Shown here one piece after another: positions 11,521 through 23,812 of a DNA stretch of 64,000 nt. The stretch is from Octopus sinensis (lineage: Eukaryota). The translations under genes were made by a program, and so were the position numbers. Numbering within the stretch: position 1 is the stretch's first letter; every line of letters starts with the position of its first letter. The notes beneath the pieces were generated by a model, which saw only the letters and a list, made by a program, of their open reading frames with translations, was not told the origin of the DNA and ran no database searches. Where the stretch lies: the NCBI RefSeq assembly GCF_006345805.1, contig NC_043011.1, positions 48,992,464-49,056,463 on the forward strand. Direction: 5' to 3'.

Positions 11521-11812
11521 GTGGAGGCACATGGCCTAGTAGTTAGAGCAGCGGATTCGGGATCACAGGTTCGAATCTCAGACCGGGCGATGTGTGTGTT
11601 TATGAGCGAAACACCTAAGCTCCACATTGCTCTGGCAGAAGGTAATGGCGAACTTCTGCTGACTCTTTCGCCACAACTTTCTCTCACTCTTTCCTCCTGC
11701 ATCTTTCAGCTCACCTGTGACAGACCGGCATCCAGTCCAGGTGGGGAGCCTATATGCCAAGGAAACCGGGAAACTGGCCCCCTATGAGCCAGCATGGCTT
11801 GAGAAGGAACAA
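11521..11812 (+). mobile_element. SINE family C variant head with J-like tail
   Basis: gtggaggcacatggcctagtagttagagcagcgg head; ctctttcgccacaactttctctcactc body; gaaaccgggaaactggcccctatgagcc tail. Confidence 0.8.
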
Positions 11813-11999
11813 ACAACATTTTATTGTACCCTGTTAAGTAGATGGCAATAGGAAGAGCCTGCATATCCCACCCTCATCCAAAAAATGGAGTATGATTGAG
11901 ACTTGGTCTTTAACTCATCTAGAAAGAGAGAGAAGTAAGTTCAAACAAGAACTGTCACAGAATTTGATGACCCATTCAACCCATAGCCAGTGAAGAGTA

Positions 12000-12540
12000 T
12001 TCATTTCGTGTCCACTCAATATCTATTTCATATTTATTTCACATTAATCTGCTGTTTGATATTCGATATATCTATTTAACCTTTGCCAGCTGATATTTGA
12101 AATTCTTTTAATATTTGGTATTTAATATATCTACGTGACATTGACCTGATATCTCCCATCATCACCAATGCAATATCTGTTGGTATTCATTTATAGTTTT
12201 CTTTTACATTCATTTCTTATATACTTGACATTTATCTATTGTCCATCTTTTATTCATCTAGCATCCATGTGGTATCCATATGATATGTATATGACAATCC
12301 ATCACTACGCATTTGATATCATTCAAATTCATCTGATATTCATTTATGCATTGTCTATGTTTTTATTCATCTGGCACCCATCTGGATATCCATTTGATAA
12401 CTCTTTCACAATCTATCATTACCCATTTGATATCATTTCATATTCACACATACTTCGTTGGATATCCACTGTTCTTCTTTTTGATTCATCCGCATCCATT
12501 TGGTATCTATTTGATATTCTTTTGATATCCACTTGATAAG
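12000..12540. repeat. Cryptic degenerate tandem repeat (atccatttgat motif, about 115-bp higher-order period)
   Basis: ttttattcatct(a/g)gca(t/c)ccat..g(g)tatccat(a/t)tgat-like block recurs near 12248, 12361 and 12478. Confidence 0.65.
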
Positions 12541-13489
12541 AACAGATAAGAAAAAAATAAATACATTTTCAATTAATGCTTCTTGAATTTAATTTAAGCA
12601 GTTCTTTATCTGTCTGATTTTATTCCTTTTGTTTCATTATTCAATATCTACATGAAATACAACGCTTAAACAGAAATGTCACAGAGAAACCATACAAATG
12701 CAGAATACAATTTTGTTGTTCTTCTTTCAATATCTTTTATCTTTTCTGATTCTGGAAAAAGTACATAAGAGACTTGAACATATTCGACGTTCTTTAGCAT
12801 TGTGTAATGTCATTGGTTTAAATGTTAGTTTGCAACACTAAGACTAACCTTTATCCCACAGACATCTCACAAAGCCAACCGAATAAAAACGGTACCGCTT
12901 GTTCCTGTTTCAAAGATCTTTTCTTCTTTTTTTCTTTCTTCAGTTTCTTCGTATGGTGAATAATTCAAGATGCAGCAGTAACTGTTATCCTTTGATTTAT
13001 TGGGTTTTTTTTCATTCAGAACCAGCAGAAAGAATGAGAAGCATAAGACAGAATTTTTTTTTTTTGTATTTATTCTTGTTGCCCGAGTGTAGCAGACAAA
13101 TCCCCTTCAGGAAACAAACAAAAAAAAAAACAACAACCTCTGTCCCTATCATTCTATACCAGTGAAGAAACTTCTATGTGGTCGCTCAATCTGCTAGAAA
13201 CAGTAGTCAAATCTCACTTAAATCATAACCTGTTATCTTAGAGAAAGAAAGGATACATCAGCTTATCTGGTCACGGATATGTCATATGTGAATGAAAAAT
13301 AAGTTGGAAAGATTTTGATTAAAGAGACTGATCAATAAGGATTGATTGAAGTAAAGCAACAATAACAACAACAACAACATCACTCTAAAAATTAAGGATC
13401 ACAGGAGTCGGTAGTGAGAGTGCTACTGTGTAGTCAGCCAAATTGCTCAATGTAACAGCTAAAGATCCCTCATCAATTATTTATGTTGA

Positions 13490-13678
13490 TAGAACAAGTA
13501 GAAGGATATATTTTTCAATGCGTAAATACTGATGGAACAGCGTACATAGGATAAATTGCTTTTAGAGCAGAAAAATTTGGTTGCTGACAAATTTTTCTGC
13601 TCTAAAAGGCTTTTATCCTATATATGCTGTTATGTCAGCATTTACAGATTGAAAAAAGATATCCTTCCACTTGTTCTA
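13490..13678. mobile_element. Fold-back palindromic MITE-like element
   Basis: Arms of about 90 bp (tagaacaagtagaaggatat... / ...atatccttccacttgttcta) around an 8-nt loop at 13580-13587. Confidence 0.75.
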
Positions 13679-14229
13679 CAATACATTTCAATGCTTCGAA
13701 ACAAACTTATGTTCGTTTAAATATGACGTATTCCTGTTTATAATTTAAGGGCCACATAAGCTAATGAAGGTACTAGTCTATAAGTCTATAGATTCACAAC
13801 ACATAATTTTCAAATTTCCTTCTACAAACTTCCTTGACATTTTAAAAATAGGGAACATGCAAGCTAACGAAACAGATTTGGGCTTCTCAATATAACAACA
13901 AAATCTCACAAAAAAAAACCCCTTTTCAAACTGTTATTATTATTGTTTAGCATCCAGTCAACTTTAGTGAGTATGTTTCTTATAAAAAGCATTCCAGCCA
14001 TGACAATCCTGTCTTCTTAAAGATATATAAGAGTACATTATTTAATTTGCTCTGTAATCCTTATATAAGACAGAACGGCTTGATTTCAGAGAGATTCGTT
14101 GCTATTTCTAGCAGCTTGGCTGACCATGTAGAGACTAATTTGCTAACTCATGCCATTTTTAACAGGCATCAGGAGGCAAAAACAAACATGCAACCTCTGT
14201 CCTTGACATTCTAAGCCAACAGAGTTTAA

Positions 14230-14445
14230 CTCTTTAGCATTTAAACTGGCCATATTTGGTCTAAATAGTTTACTTGTTTTATGTTTAAACCTGCCAGGTC
14301 TGGCCTCTCCCACCTACCATGCACTGTTGTTTTAAAAGTAACCAATCAGATCATCGATATCTTGAAGCTATGAGAAAATGCATGATTAATTTAAAACTGA
14401 GTTGGCAAGCATTGCATATGAAGGGGTAATCTGAATGCTAACGGC
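14230..14445. mobile_element. piggyBac-type MITE, family P1 (opposite orientation to 298-513)
   Basis: TTAA 14226-14229 and 14446-14449; degenerate TIRs ctctttagcattt / gaatgctaacggc. Confidence 0.7.
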
Positions 14446-14577
14446 TTAAGTGTTAAGTCTTCAGAAAGTTAAATACTTCTGATTGGTTACTTTGAGGTAA
14501 CAAAGCTGATAAAAGATACCCGACAATTGTAGCATTACTAAAAAGCCAGTGCTTTGGTATATTATGTTTTTTAAAGT

Positions 14578-14775
14578 CACCCATGCTAGTGACACAAAAG
14601 GCATCTGTGCCAATGACACATAAAATGCATCCATGCTGGTGGCACATAAAAGGCATGTGTGCCAGTGATATATTAAGTGCACCCATGCCAGTGACACGTA
14701 AATGCCACCCATGCTGGTGACACAACAGGCACCTATGCCAGTGACAAGTTAAAGGTACTTGTGCTGGTAACATGT
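14578..14775 (+). repeat. About 26-bp tandem array (cacccatgccagtgacacgtaaaagg-like), about 8 units
   Basis: Units readable directly; resemble the family E motif gtggcacgtaaaaagcacc. Confidence 0.8.
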
Positions 14776-14809
14776 AAACAGTGCTGGATTAACCATTAAG
14801 CAAAATAAG

Positions 14810-14955
14810 CATGTGCTTGGACGGTTTGATAGGAGCTGGCCAGGCAGGAGCCTACACCATGCATCTGTGTCTGTGTTGACATAGTTTTTATAGCTGGATG
14901 CCCTTTCTAACACCAACCACTCCACAGCATGGGCTGAGTGCTTTTTACATGGTAT
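14810..14955 (-). mobile_element. Family E fragment
   Basis: agctggatgccctttctaacaccaaccac...gtgctttttacatg. Confidence 0.65.
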
Positions 14956-15637
14956 TCAATCTGGACTTCCAAATAAGAGTATAATATAAAAAAAGAAAGC
15001 ATCTATTACCTGAAAATCAGGTAATTATTATTGCCAGGAAAGGCATCTGACTGTAAGACAATACTTCAGTAAGTATCCATATAACTCATACTAGTTTGGA
15101 AAAATAGAAGTAAAATGAAAGAAACAACAATTGTTGTCTCAGTTGATTAGAAATTATTTCTGATTCACTACATTAAGAATGCAAGCATGCATTTAACTAT
15201 ATGTTCTTTTTTGCACACACAAAAACAATTTTTCAATGCTAAAATAAATAAACCATTTAGTCACAAAAAAAAAACTATTTTTCGTTTTTATTGCTTATAC
15301 AACCCAACACATATCCCATCCCTTGTAGCTTGCTAACTAACTGTGTGTCCTTCGTGATATAACTCCATAATGGTATATAAACTATTGATATAGTTGCAGT
15401 CAATGGGACCAAAAGAGGCTTCATATAAAGTTACTGAGCCCTTCCTATATAACGTTAAAAGAACATATTTTATGTTAAAATAATTCAGTCAATGCGTGCT
15501 TACAGTGAATTTTCTGGAATAGAATTAAGCACGTTCAATGATTTGTTTTTGGCTTTTGTTTCTCGATTTTTGCTCTCCTTTTTTGTTTTTAAAAAAATCT
15601 TTTTCTTTTCATTTCAATTATTGTTGCTGTTTCTGTC

Positions 15638-15640
<3 letters not shown>

Positions 15641-15735
<95 letters not shown>

Positions 15736-15743
15736 TATTATTT
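15641..15743. repeat. (TAT)n microsatellite
   Basis: Visible repeats. Confidence 0.97.
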
Positions 15744-15997
15744 ACCATCATCAACCAAAGAACTACTGAACTAGTCAAATTCATTCAGAAAAGTAAATAG
15801 ACATTTTCAAAACATGATTTTGACATTTTAGGTTAATATTCCTCAAGTGAAAAAAAAAAAAAAAAACACGCACACACATACACACATACAAAAAAAAAAG
15901 AAAAGTCTTTATAGACATTTCAGATGCCAGTGGGACTGGAGAATTTCAAGAAAATTAAAGAACATATAGATAATGTAGCATAGAAACATCCTTAAGT

Positions 15998-16033
<36 letters not shown>

Positions 16034-16124
16034 GTACACACACATGCACACACACAATAACTTTTTGGGGAAAAATATCTAATAAATGTAAAAATGAAAA
16101 AAATGGCAAATAATAAAAGTATCA

Positions 16125-16192
16125 ACAATATTAACAATAATAATAATAATAACAATAATAACAACAGCATCAATAATAATAATAATAATAAT

Positions 16193-16255
<63 letters not shown>

Positions 16256-16319
16256 TATAATAATAATAGTAATAATAATGATAATAATAATGATAATAAT
16301 AATAATAACAATAATAATA

Positions 16320-16388
<69 letters not shown>
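16125..16388. repeat. (AAT)n microsatellite
   Basis: Visible repeats; further (AAT)n at 16899-17035, 17222-17322 and 17892-17950. Confidence 0.97.
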
Positions 16389-16389
<1 letters not shown>

Positions 16390-16944
16390 AGATGATATTA
16401 AAAGATTAAAATCTATTGATCTGACACGACTCAATATCCTTTGACCAAACTTGAAAAAGACCAAACAAATTGTTTACTTTCCAGTTGTTTGGAAATTTTC
16501 GTTATTTAACAAACTTTCGTTATTTTATTTAAAGATATAAAAAAAAAATTTTCAAATATAAGTGACAACTACAAAACATAACTACAACAACAACAGCAAC
16601 AGACTCTTTATATTGTGTTATGTTTTGTTTGCAGAAACTCTAGCTGAATTCTATGAATGAAAGGTGTTTATTTTATATTTAAATATTTTATAGAACGGCT
16701 TGTCAAAATATTATACTTAGACGTTCTTTGAATAACGCTGGAAAATGCAATAAAATAAATATATAAATAAAAAAATAAGTATTAAATATAAAGAAAAACT
16801 ATTAAAAATTCTTTTTTTCCTTATTTTTTTCAAGTCAGTAAAATTTTTTCTAATATTTCTAGATTTTTAATTTCAATAAATGAAATACGAAAAATGAATA
16901 TAATAATAATAATAATAATAATAATATTAATAATAATAATAATA

Positions 16945-16976
<32 letters not shown>

Positions 16977-17054
16977 GTACTAGTAGTAGTAGAAATAGTA
17001 GTAGTAATAATAATAATGATAATAATAATAATAAGACCTCGAGTTTGCGGGGAA

Positions 17055-17217
17055 GGGATGACTTGACCCCAGTGTTCGACTGGTACTTAATTTATCAACA
17101 CTCAAAGGATGAAAGGCAAAGTTGACCTTGGTGGAATTTGAATTCAGAATGTAACGAGAGGTGAAATACCACTAAGCATTTTATTCAGCATGTTAACTAT
17201 TCAGCCAGCTTGCTGCT
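17055..17217 (-). mobile_element. SINE family B, truncated
   Basis: gaccccagtg...tggtactta...ggatgaaaggcaaagttgacc. Confidence 0.75.
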
Positions 17218-17258
17218 TTGATGATAATAATAATCATAATAAAAATGATAATAATAAC

Positions 17259-17317
<59 letters not shown>

Positions 17318-17322
17318 TAATA

Positions 17323-17891
17323 AATGCCCTGATGCAGTACCAATGCCCTGATGCAGTACCAGGCAGTGGCTCTCATGGCTTCTGATCTTAACTGATTGGA
17401 AGTGTTATCATGTACATTGTTTTGTCTTGGTATAAAAGATGGGCTACAGCAAATATTCTGCTCAATACCACAGATTTGCTTGTCATTTGTTTGACCTTAA
17501 CCAGTTGAGCATGTCCCTTAGTGCTGACGATATGTGCATCTCTGATCACGAGCAGAAGTAGTGGGGGAGCATCATAGCCATGTGTTGAGAGGATTCTTTG
17601 GGGTTTGAATAGTTCACCTCTGAACATGGTGGTTCTTTCAACATCCTTAAACAACCCTTATTCAGGGACCGTTTGAGCAGGATGGGCTACTCAACCTGAA
17701 AAAATTCTAACTGGGCCCCACCTGCAAGGTCTGTGCTGTTTATCCTTGATATAAGATCACCATGTCGCACACATAATTGTTGTGATGCATGTGCCTGGTG
17801 TACCTTTATCAGACGGGTAGTCATGATGGGTATATTGGCTTCGTATATTTACCCCAGTGTCACTTTGATGGCATGAACTGCTCTCTCACTC
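17323..17891. mobile_element. About 570-bp putative interspersed repeat embedded in (AAT)n
   Basis: Higher-GC block with sharp boundaries between two (AAT)n tracts; 19-bp tandem duplication aatgccctgatgcagtacc at 17323-17360. Confidence 0.6.
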
Positions 17892-18508
17892 ATAATAATA
17901 TAATAATATAATAATAATAATAATAATATAATAATAATAATAATAATAATGATGGTAGTAGTGGTGGTAGTAGTAGTAATTTAATAGAAGACAAAGCTAT
18001 GTAAACATTCTTGTTGTTATCCATAAAGTTTCTTAGAGACAATCAATTTACATGTTATGATTTTTAACACAATAAAGCAATTTTCATGACATGATACCAT
18101 TATAATGAAAAAGTCAATTAATTCATTATAACTATTGTTGTTGTTGTTGCTGTTGTTGATTACCCACCACCACCATCACCAGTTGCAGTGAATTGGCAGG
18201 ACTCTTCAGATGTCAGCTGCAAAGCCCTGCAGTACTAGTAGCATTCATTGTAGCTAGTTCAATGCACCAAGTTCAAATTTCACCAAAACTGCTTTTTCTG
18301 TTTTTGTTTTTTTTATCCTTTCTCCATTAATAGATAAATCAGATAAAGCATCCATCCAAAATTTAAACCAAATTTTTTTTTTATTATTCTTCCTGAATCA
18401 GTGTGTCTGGAAAATCAAAGGTCCAGCCCTCATCACATTCTGTTACGGAAGACTTAACTGTCAAAGAGAATCAACCACTGTATACACAGATACAGTATAT
18501 TGCAGAGC

Positions 18509-18555
<47 letters not shown>

Positions 18556-18569
18556 CACACACACATATT

Positions 18570-18623
<54 letters not shown>

Positions 18624-18669
18624 TATCTGTAGATAGTGTTTATCTGTAGATAGTGTTTATCTGTAGATA

Positions 18670-18765
18670 TATGCATCATACACACATTATATATTTACAG
18701 AAAAATAAAAGATGAAAACAGGCGTAGGAAAAACAAGCAGGTGTATTAGTTTAACATACACATAC
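18670..18765. mobile_element. Short PLE-pLTR-like fragment
   Basis: aaaagatgaaaacagg...aaacaagcaggtgtattagttt resembles 52141-52230; sits between TA repeats. Confidence 0.4.
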
Positions 18766-18805
18766 ATATATACACACACATATCTATCTATGTATATATG
18801 CGTTT

Positions 18806-18868
18806 TGGAGTCTGACGATATGCCATAAAGTTAACCCCTTTATGGACAGGAAACCCAGAGTAACTCTA
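18806..18868 (+). ncRNA. Minimal type I hammerhead ribozyme
   Basis: Stem I tggagt/actcta; core CTGACGA; stem II ccataaag/ctttatgg; GAA; stem III ACCCAGAGT; site GUA. Confidence 0.65.
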
Positions 18869-18970
18869 TAAACTGGCCTTCACCAGGGGAAAAATATAGA
18901 CTGCTCCACTTTTTAGTGTGTGCTTCTCTAGATTTATGTTTTTCTAAAAATGATTAAGGGGGTGAAGGTT

Positions 18971-19306
18971 GACCCCCTTCAGTCATAAATGACCATGGGA
19001 TTGCACCTAGAAAGTTACCCTCCAAGGCACAGGTCTAGGCAAGGTTGTTTATGGAAGACCAACAGTCAGCCACGTATACCAGCCTTCCCTCTCCATGCCA
19101 CTGATGTTATTCAAGGGAAAGGCAAAAGGGCCGATACAGCTTGGTACCAGTAACGTCGTAACTTATTTCTACAGCTGAGTTAACTGGAGCAATGTGAAAT
19201 AAAGTGTCTTGCTCAAGAACATAACATGCAGCCTGATCCAGGAATCAAATTCATAACCTCACGATTGTATGCTCGACACTCGAACCACTAAGCCATGTGC
19301 CTTCAC
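18971..19306 (-). mobile_element. SINE family D, full length (tRNA head, CORE-like domain, tail)
   Basis: Head gtgaaggcacatggcttagtggtt...; CORE-like gttcttgagcaagacactttatttcacattgctccagtt. Confidence 0.9.
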
Positions 19307-19664
19307 AAAACGATACATATATATTTATATGTATATATATATACTGTATTATTGAAACTGAGCTGGGACAAATTGATTGAATTTGGATATGGTTTTGGGA
19401 CTCTCTTCATATTTTATGATAATAATTAGCACAACAGGTTGATTGGTTGATAACTGTTTCACTTTGTTCTGCAATCAATTCTCAATTCATTAACTAATAA
19501 TCATGTGTCATCCAATACTTATTTTCTCTACTGGTCATGTTGGATTGGTTTCAACTGAACCCTTTTCAAACCATCCGTTGGGTGCATGGCCATGAGATTT
19601 GATTACATGCATTGAGTAAATAGATGTAATGAAATATAAACAAATATATAAATGACACATAAAA

Positions 19665-19790
19665 CAAATGTGTGTAGATACAGCTGTGAGGTGAAGAACG
19701 TTTGCTTCCTAACCACACAGGTTTAGGTTCAATTCCAGTTTCTGGCATTCTACGTAAGTGTCTTCTACCATAGCCCTAGGGTGATCCATA
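19665..19790 (+). mobile_element. SINE family A, degenerate 5' fragment
   Basis: cagctgtgaggtgaagaacgtttgcttcctaaccacac...gtgtcttctaccatagcc. Confidence 0.6.
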
Positions 19791-19927
19791 CTCAATACAA
19801 TGAAATTTTATATGCTCATGCATCATTGATACCTGCTGCATGAGCATATGTGTCTATATATATATATTATATATATATATATATTATATATATGTATATA
19901 TGTGTGTGTGTGTATATATATATAGGT

Positions 19928-20103
19928 GCAGGAGTGGCTGTGTGGTAAGTAGCTTGCTTACCAACCACATGGTTCCGGGTTCATTCCCACTGCATAGCAC
20001 GTGTCTTCTACTAAAGATTGGGTCGACCAAAGCCTTGTGAGTGGATTTGGTAGACAGAAACTGAAAGAAGCCTATCATATATATGTATATATATATATAT
20101 TAT

Positions 20104-20148
<45 letters not shown>

Positions 20149-20430
20149 GTGTGTGTATATGTTTGTGTGTCTGTGTTTGCCCCCCAACATCGCTTGACAA
20201 CCGATGCTGGTGTGTTTTGCCAAACCGCTAAGTCCCCATAAGTTAGCTGTTCAGCAAAAGAGACTGATAGAATAAGCACCAGGCTTGACACAAAAAAAAA
20301 CATAATAAAGAAATCAAAGAAACAAAAAAAAAACAGTAAGTTCGAGGGTCAATTTGTTTGCCTAAAATCCTTCAAAGTGGTACTCCAGCATGGCCACAGT
20401 CCAATGATAGAAACAAGTGAAAGATAAAAG
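19928..20430 (+). mobile_element. SINE family A, full length
   Basis: Head gcaggagtggctgtgtggtaag; internal (TA)n; tail ggtactccagcatggccacagt. Confidence 0.88.
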
Positions 20431-20810
20431 ATTAAAGATATCTTCACAATTATTAAAATTAACGAACACTCCTATAGAATAATTATCATAGATGCAGATC
20501 GTTGCACATTTACTTAGATTCTGAATTTCAGACACTTCTTAATTAGCTGACTCAGACAACAAAACATACCTTGAGCAAGATTCTCTGTTTTATTTTACAT
20601 TTTTTGGTTTTCATTTGATTAATCATAATAGCATGTCTTTCTTCTTTTGATATTTGTTTCTATTGTTTTCTTTGTAATTTTCTAATACTTTATATTTAAT
20701 TTTATCTTTTATCTATTTTTAAAAATTTTCTATTTGTTTCAGTTATTCGACTGTGGCCATGCTGGGGCACTACCTTGAAAGGTTTGAATCAAGTGATTCA
20801 ATTTCTGTTA

Positions 20811-20960
20811 TACCTAAATTTTAAGTTGCGCCATCCAGCACATACAGAACGCAACATCCCATACTATCCAGCCGGAAGAATTTGTACCATTGTAGAAGAT
20901 GTGAATATCAGGAGCAAACGCCCACAGAACTAAGAGAATTTTTGCTCGAACAAAAACACC
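20811..20960 (+). pseudogene. Penelope-like RT C-terminal coding fragment
   Basis: YLNFKLRHPAHTERNIPYYPAGRICTIVEDVNIRSKR, then a frameshift, then TELREFLLEQKH. Matches my recollection of the PLE YLxFxSxHP..H.K.NIP..LA.RI..I motif. Confidence 0.7.
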
Positions 20961-20973
20961 TATCAAATATATA

Positions 20974-21034
<61 letters not shown>

Positions 21035-21044
21035 TATATATATA

Positions 21045-21240
21045 CTTTATTTAAAGCAGCAGAAAATTCAACAGAACCTGTTACTCTGAGTTTCTCGTTG
21101 CCGTTCATCAGACAGTTTTTGCTAGAATGGAACCGATATCTGTTGAATTTTCTGCTGCTTTAAATAAAGCATATTACTCTACCACTGGTATTTGAGTACT
21201 CATTTTTCCACCTTGTTTCACATTTATGTGTTTACTCCGG
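21045..21240. mobile_element. PLE pLTR fragment with 31-bp inverted repeat
   Basis: Arms 21045-21075 and 21139-21169 are exact reverse complements; a hammerhead lies between them. Confidence 0.7.
21078..21115 (-). ncRNA. Minimal type I hammerhead ribozyme
   Basis: CTGT CTGATGA acggcaacga GAA ACTCAGAGT A ACAG; weak stem II; site GUA. Confidence 0.6.
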
Positions 21241-21260
21241 TATATATATATATATATATT

Positions 21261-21423
21261 CGATAGGCTTCTTTCAGTTTCTGTTTATCAAATCCACTCA
21301 CAAGGCTTTCGTCAGCCCGAGGCTATAGTCGAAGACACTTACCCAGGATGCCAAGCAGTGTGACTGAACTCAGAACCATGTGGTCCAGAAGCAAGCTTTT
21401 TACCACACAGCCACTCCTGTGCC
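21261..21423 (-). mobile_element. SINE family A, 5' half
   Basis: Matches the family A head and CORE-like part. Confidence 0.85.
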
Positions 21424-21442
21424 TATATATATATGCTGCTGA

Positions 21443-21772
21443 GACACCCTTCAGTCATGACTGATCATGGGATTGCACCTATAAAGTTACCCTCCCAGGC
21501 ACAAGTATGGGCAAGGTTGTTTTTATGGAAGACCAACAGTTGCCCATGCATACCGGCCTCCCCTTTCCACACCACCAGTGTTATGCAAGGGAAAGGCAAA
21601 GGGTCTGATACAGCCTGACACCTGTGACGTTGCAACTCATTTTACAACTGAGTGAACTGGAGCAATGTGAAATGAAGTGTCTTGCTCAAGAACACAGCAC
21701 ACAGCCCAGCCCGGGATTCAAACTCACAACCTCACAATTGTAAGTTTGATACTCTAACCACTGAGTCATATA
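21443..21772 (-). mobile_element. SINE family D, full length
   Basis: Colinear with 18971-19306. Confidence 0.88.
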
Positions 21773-21882
21773 CTATTTGTATATGTATATATAAATATTA
21801 TATATATATGTATTATATATATCATCATCATCGTTTAGTGTCCGTTTTCCATGCTAGCATGGGTTATACATATTATTTATAA

Positions 21883-21913
<31 letters not shown>

Positions 21914-22544
21914 TTATTTATATATATTTGTATATATATACATATTAGTTATATACATATTATATATACATATTATGTAACAGACAGACAGATAGATAGT
22001 TGGGGAACAAACTGCTTATCATACAGCGATTCATGTGTCTGATATCAATTTGTTTTGTTTTTTCTGCTCTCTTGTTATATATAACCACATTTGTTATCAT
22101 TTTTTAAAATCTTATTTCGGTTGTACAAGCATTTGAACTTTTATCAAATTAACAAGATCTTCCATTTACAGGCTTCTTTAGAGAAAAAAGAGGATTTGAG
22201 AAAAGAAAAACAGAAAAACAGATAGAAAAAAATACATAAAAATTGTCACAAAAACAAAGAGAACAAAATAGAAACGATGAAAATAAATTACCCAACATCC
22301 TGCCCCACAACGCTCCCCCACAACAACCTCCCCCCACAACAACCCCACCACCACCACCAAAAAGGTACAGTAGGAAAGCAGAAGTATGGATAATGGTGTT
22401 GTTGTTAGGTTATATATTAAGGTAAGTGTATATTATGTTGCAAGTGCTTCTAGGAGTATAAGCATGATTGATAAGTGTGAAGAAGTCAATAAAGATTGTT
22501 CAGTTAAGTCTATAATAATCTACTACAAGTAAGAAATCTGCACA

Positions 22545-23649
22545 GATTACATGCATACACACACATACACACACACTTGCACACACCCACAAACAGACTT
22601 AAACACACAAGCATATACATGTATATATATATGTATATATGTGTGTGTATAGATATATGAATATATATATGTATCTACATATATATAAACATTATATGTA
22701 TATATATGCATATATTTAAACATACATATGAATATACATATATATATATATATAAACATATATATATATATGCATGCATTCATATATATATATTTATGCG
22801 TGTGTATGTGTGTATATATACATATATATATATGTATGTATATACATATATATACATATATATATATACATATATATACATATATATAATTGTTTCAACC
22901 CATCTACCATCGATCTCCCATGGGTGGGATACTTAACAACTGGTTTCGGAGTATCTTATGATGTAGATGTGTCTCTTCATGTGATTACAAGACGTATCCT
23001 ATTAGAATAATGACTGATCCACAAGATATCTACTGGGTTTGTGTTTAGAAATGTGGCAAATTAAAAGATGCAGCTTCATTTTTACACAAGACCAATAATA
23101 AATAACAAATGCAAAAATAGTATCAAATATTACCATTAATGGATATGGATATATAAACACCCTCATTTAGGTTGCATGTACACTCATGTGCACACTCGCT
23201 CGTGCAAACATCCATGAAGATATAAGCATACAGACGTGTGTTTTGGCACACATGTACTCACACAGTGAATTAAGTAGCTACTTATTTCTTATAAGAATGG
23301 GGAGGCTAGAGGGAAATGTAATTCATCCATACCTTAACATAAATTATGATTATTAATTTGGCTAAATGTTACTCTAATTCATTCCCACTGCCCCACTGCA
23401 TTGTTATTGTTTACATAGTCGATCTATGCACATAAAGTGTCTTGCTCAAGAACACAACACAGAGCCTGGTCTGGGATTTGAACTCACAACCTCATGATCG
23501 TAAGCTCGATGCTCTAACCACTGAGCCATGTGCCTTCACATATGCATATATATATATATGCATATATATATATACATACATATATATATATATATTATAT
23601 AATATTTATATATATTATATAATAATATATATATATATATATTTATAAT

Positions 23650-23680
<31 letters not shown>

Positions 23681-23781
23681 TATATATATGTCATATATAT
23701 ATATTATATAATATATATATATATATCATCATCATCATCATCATCGTTTTAGCATCCGTTTTCCATGCTAGCATGGGTTGG

Positions 23782-23812
<31 letters not shown>

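Noticed and set aside
14995-15030. CAG|GTAAT on both strands
   Set aside because: No real polypyrimidine tract or branch point.
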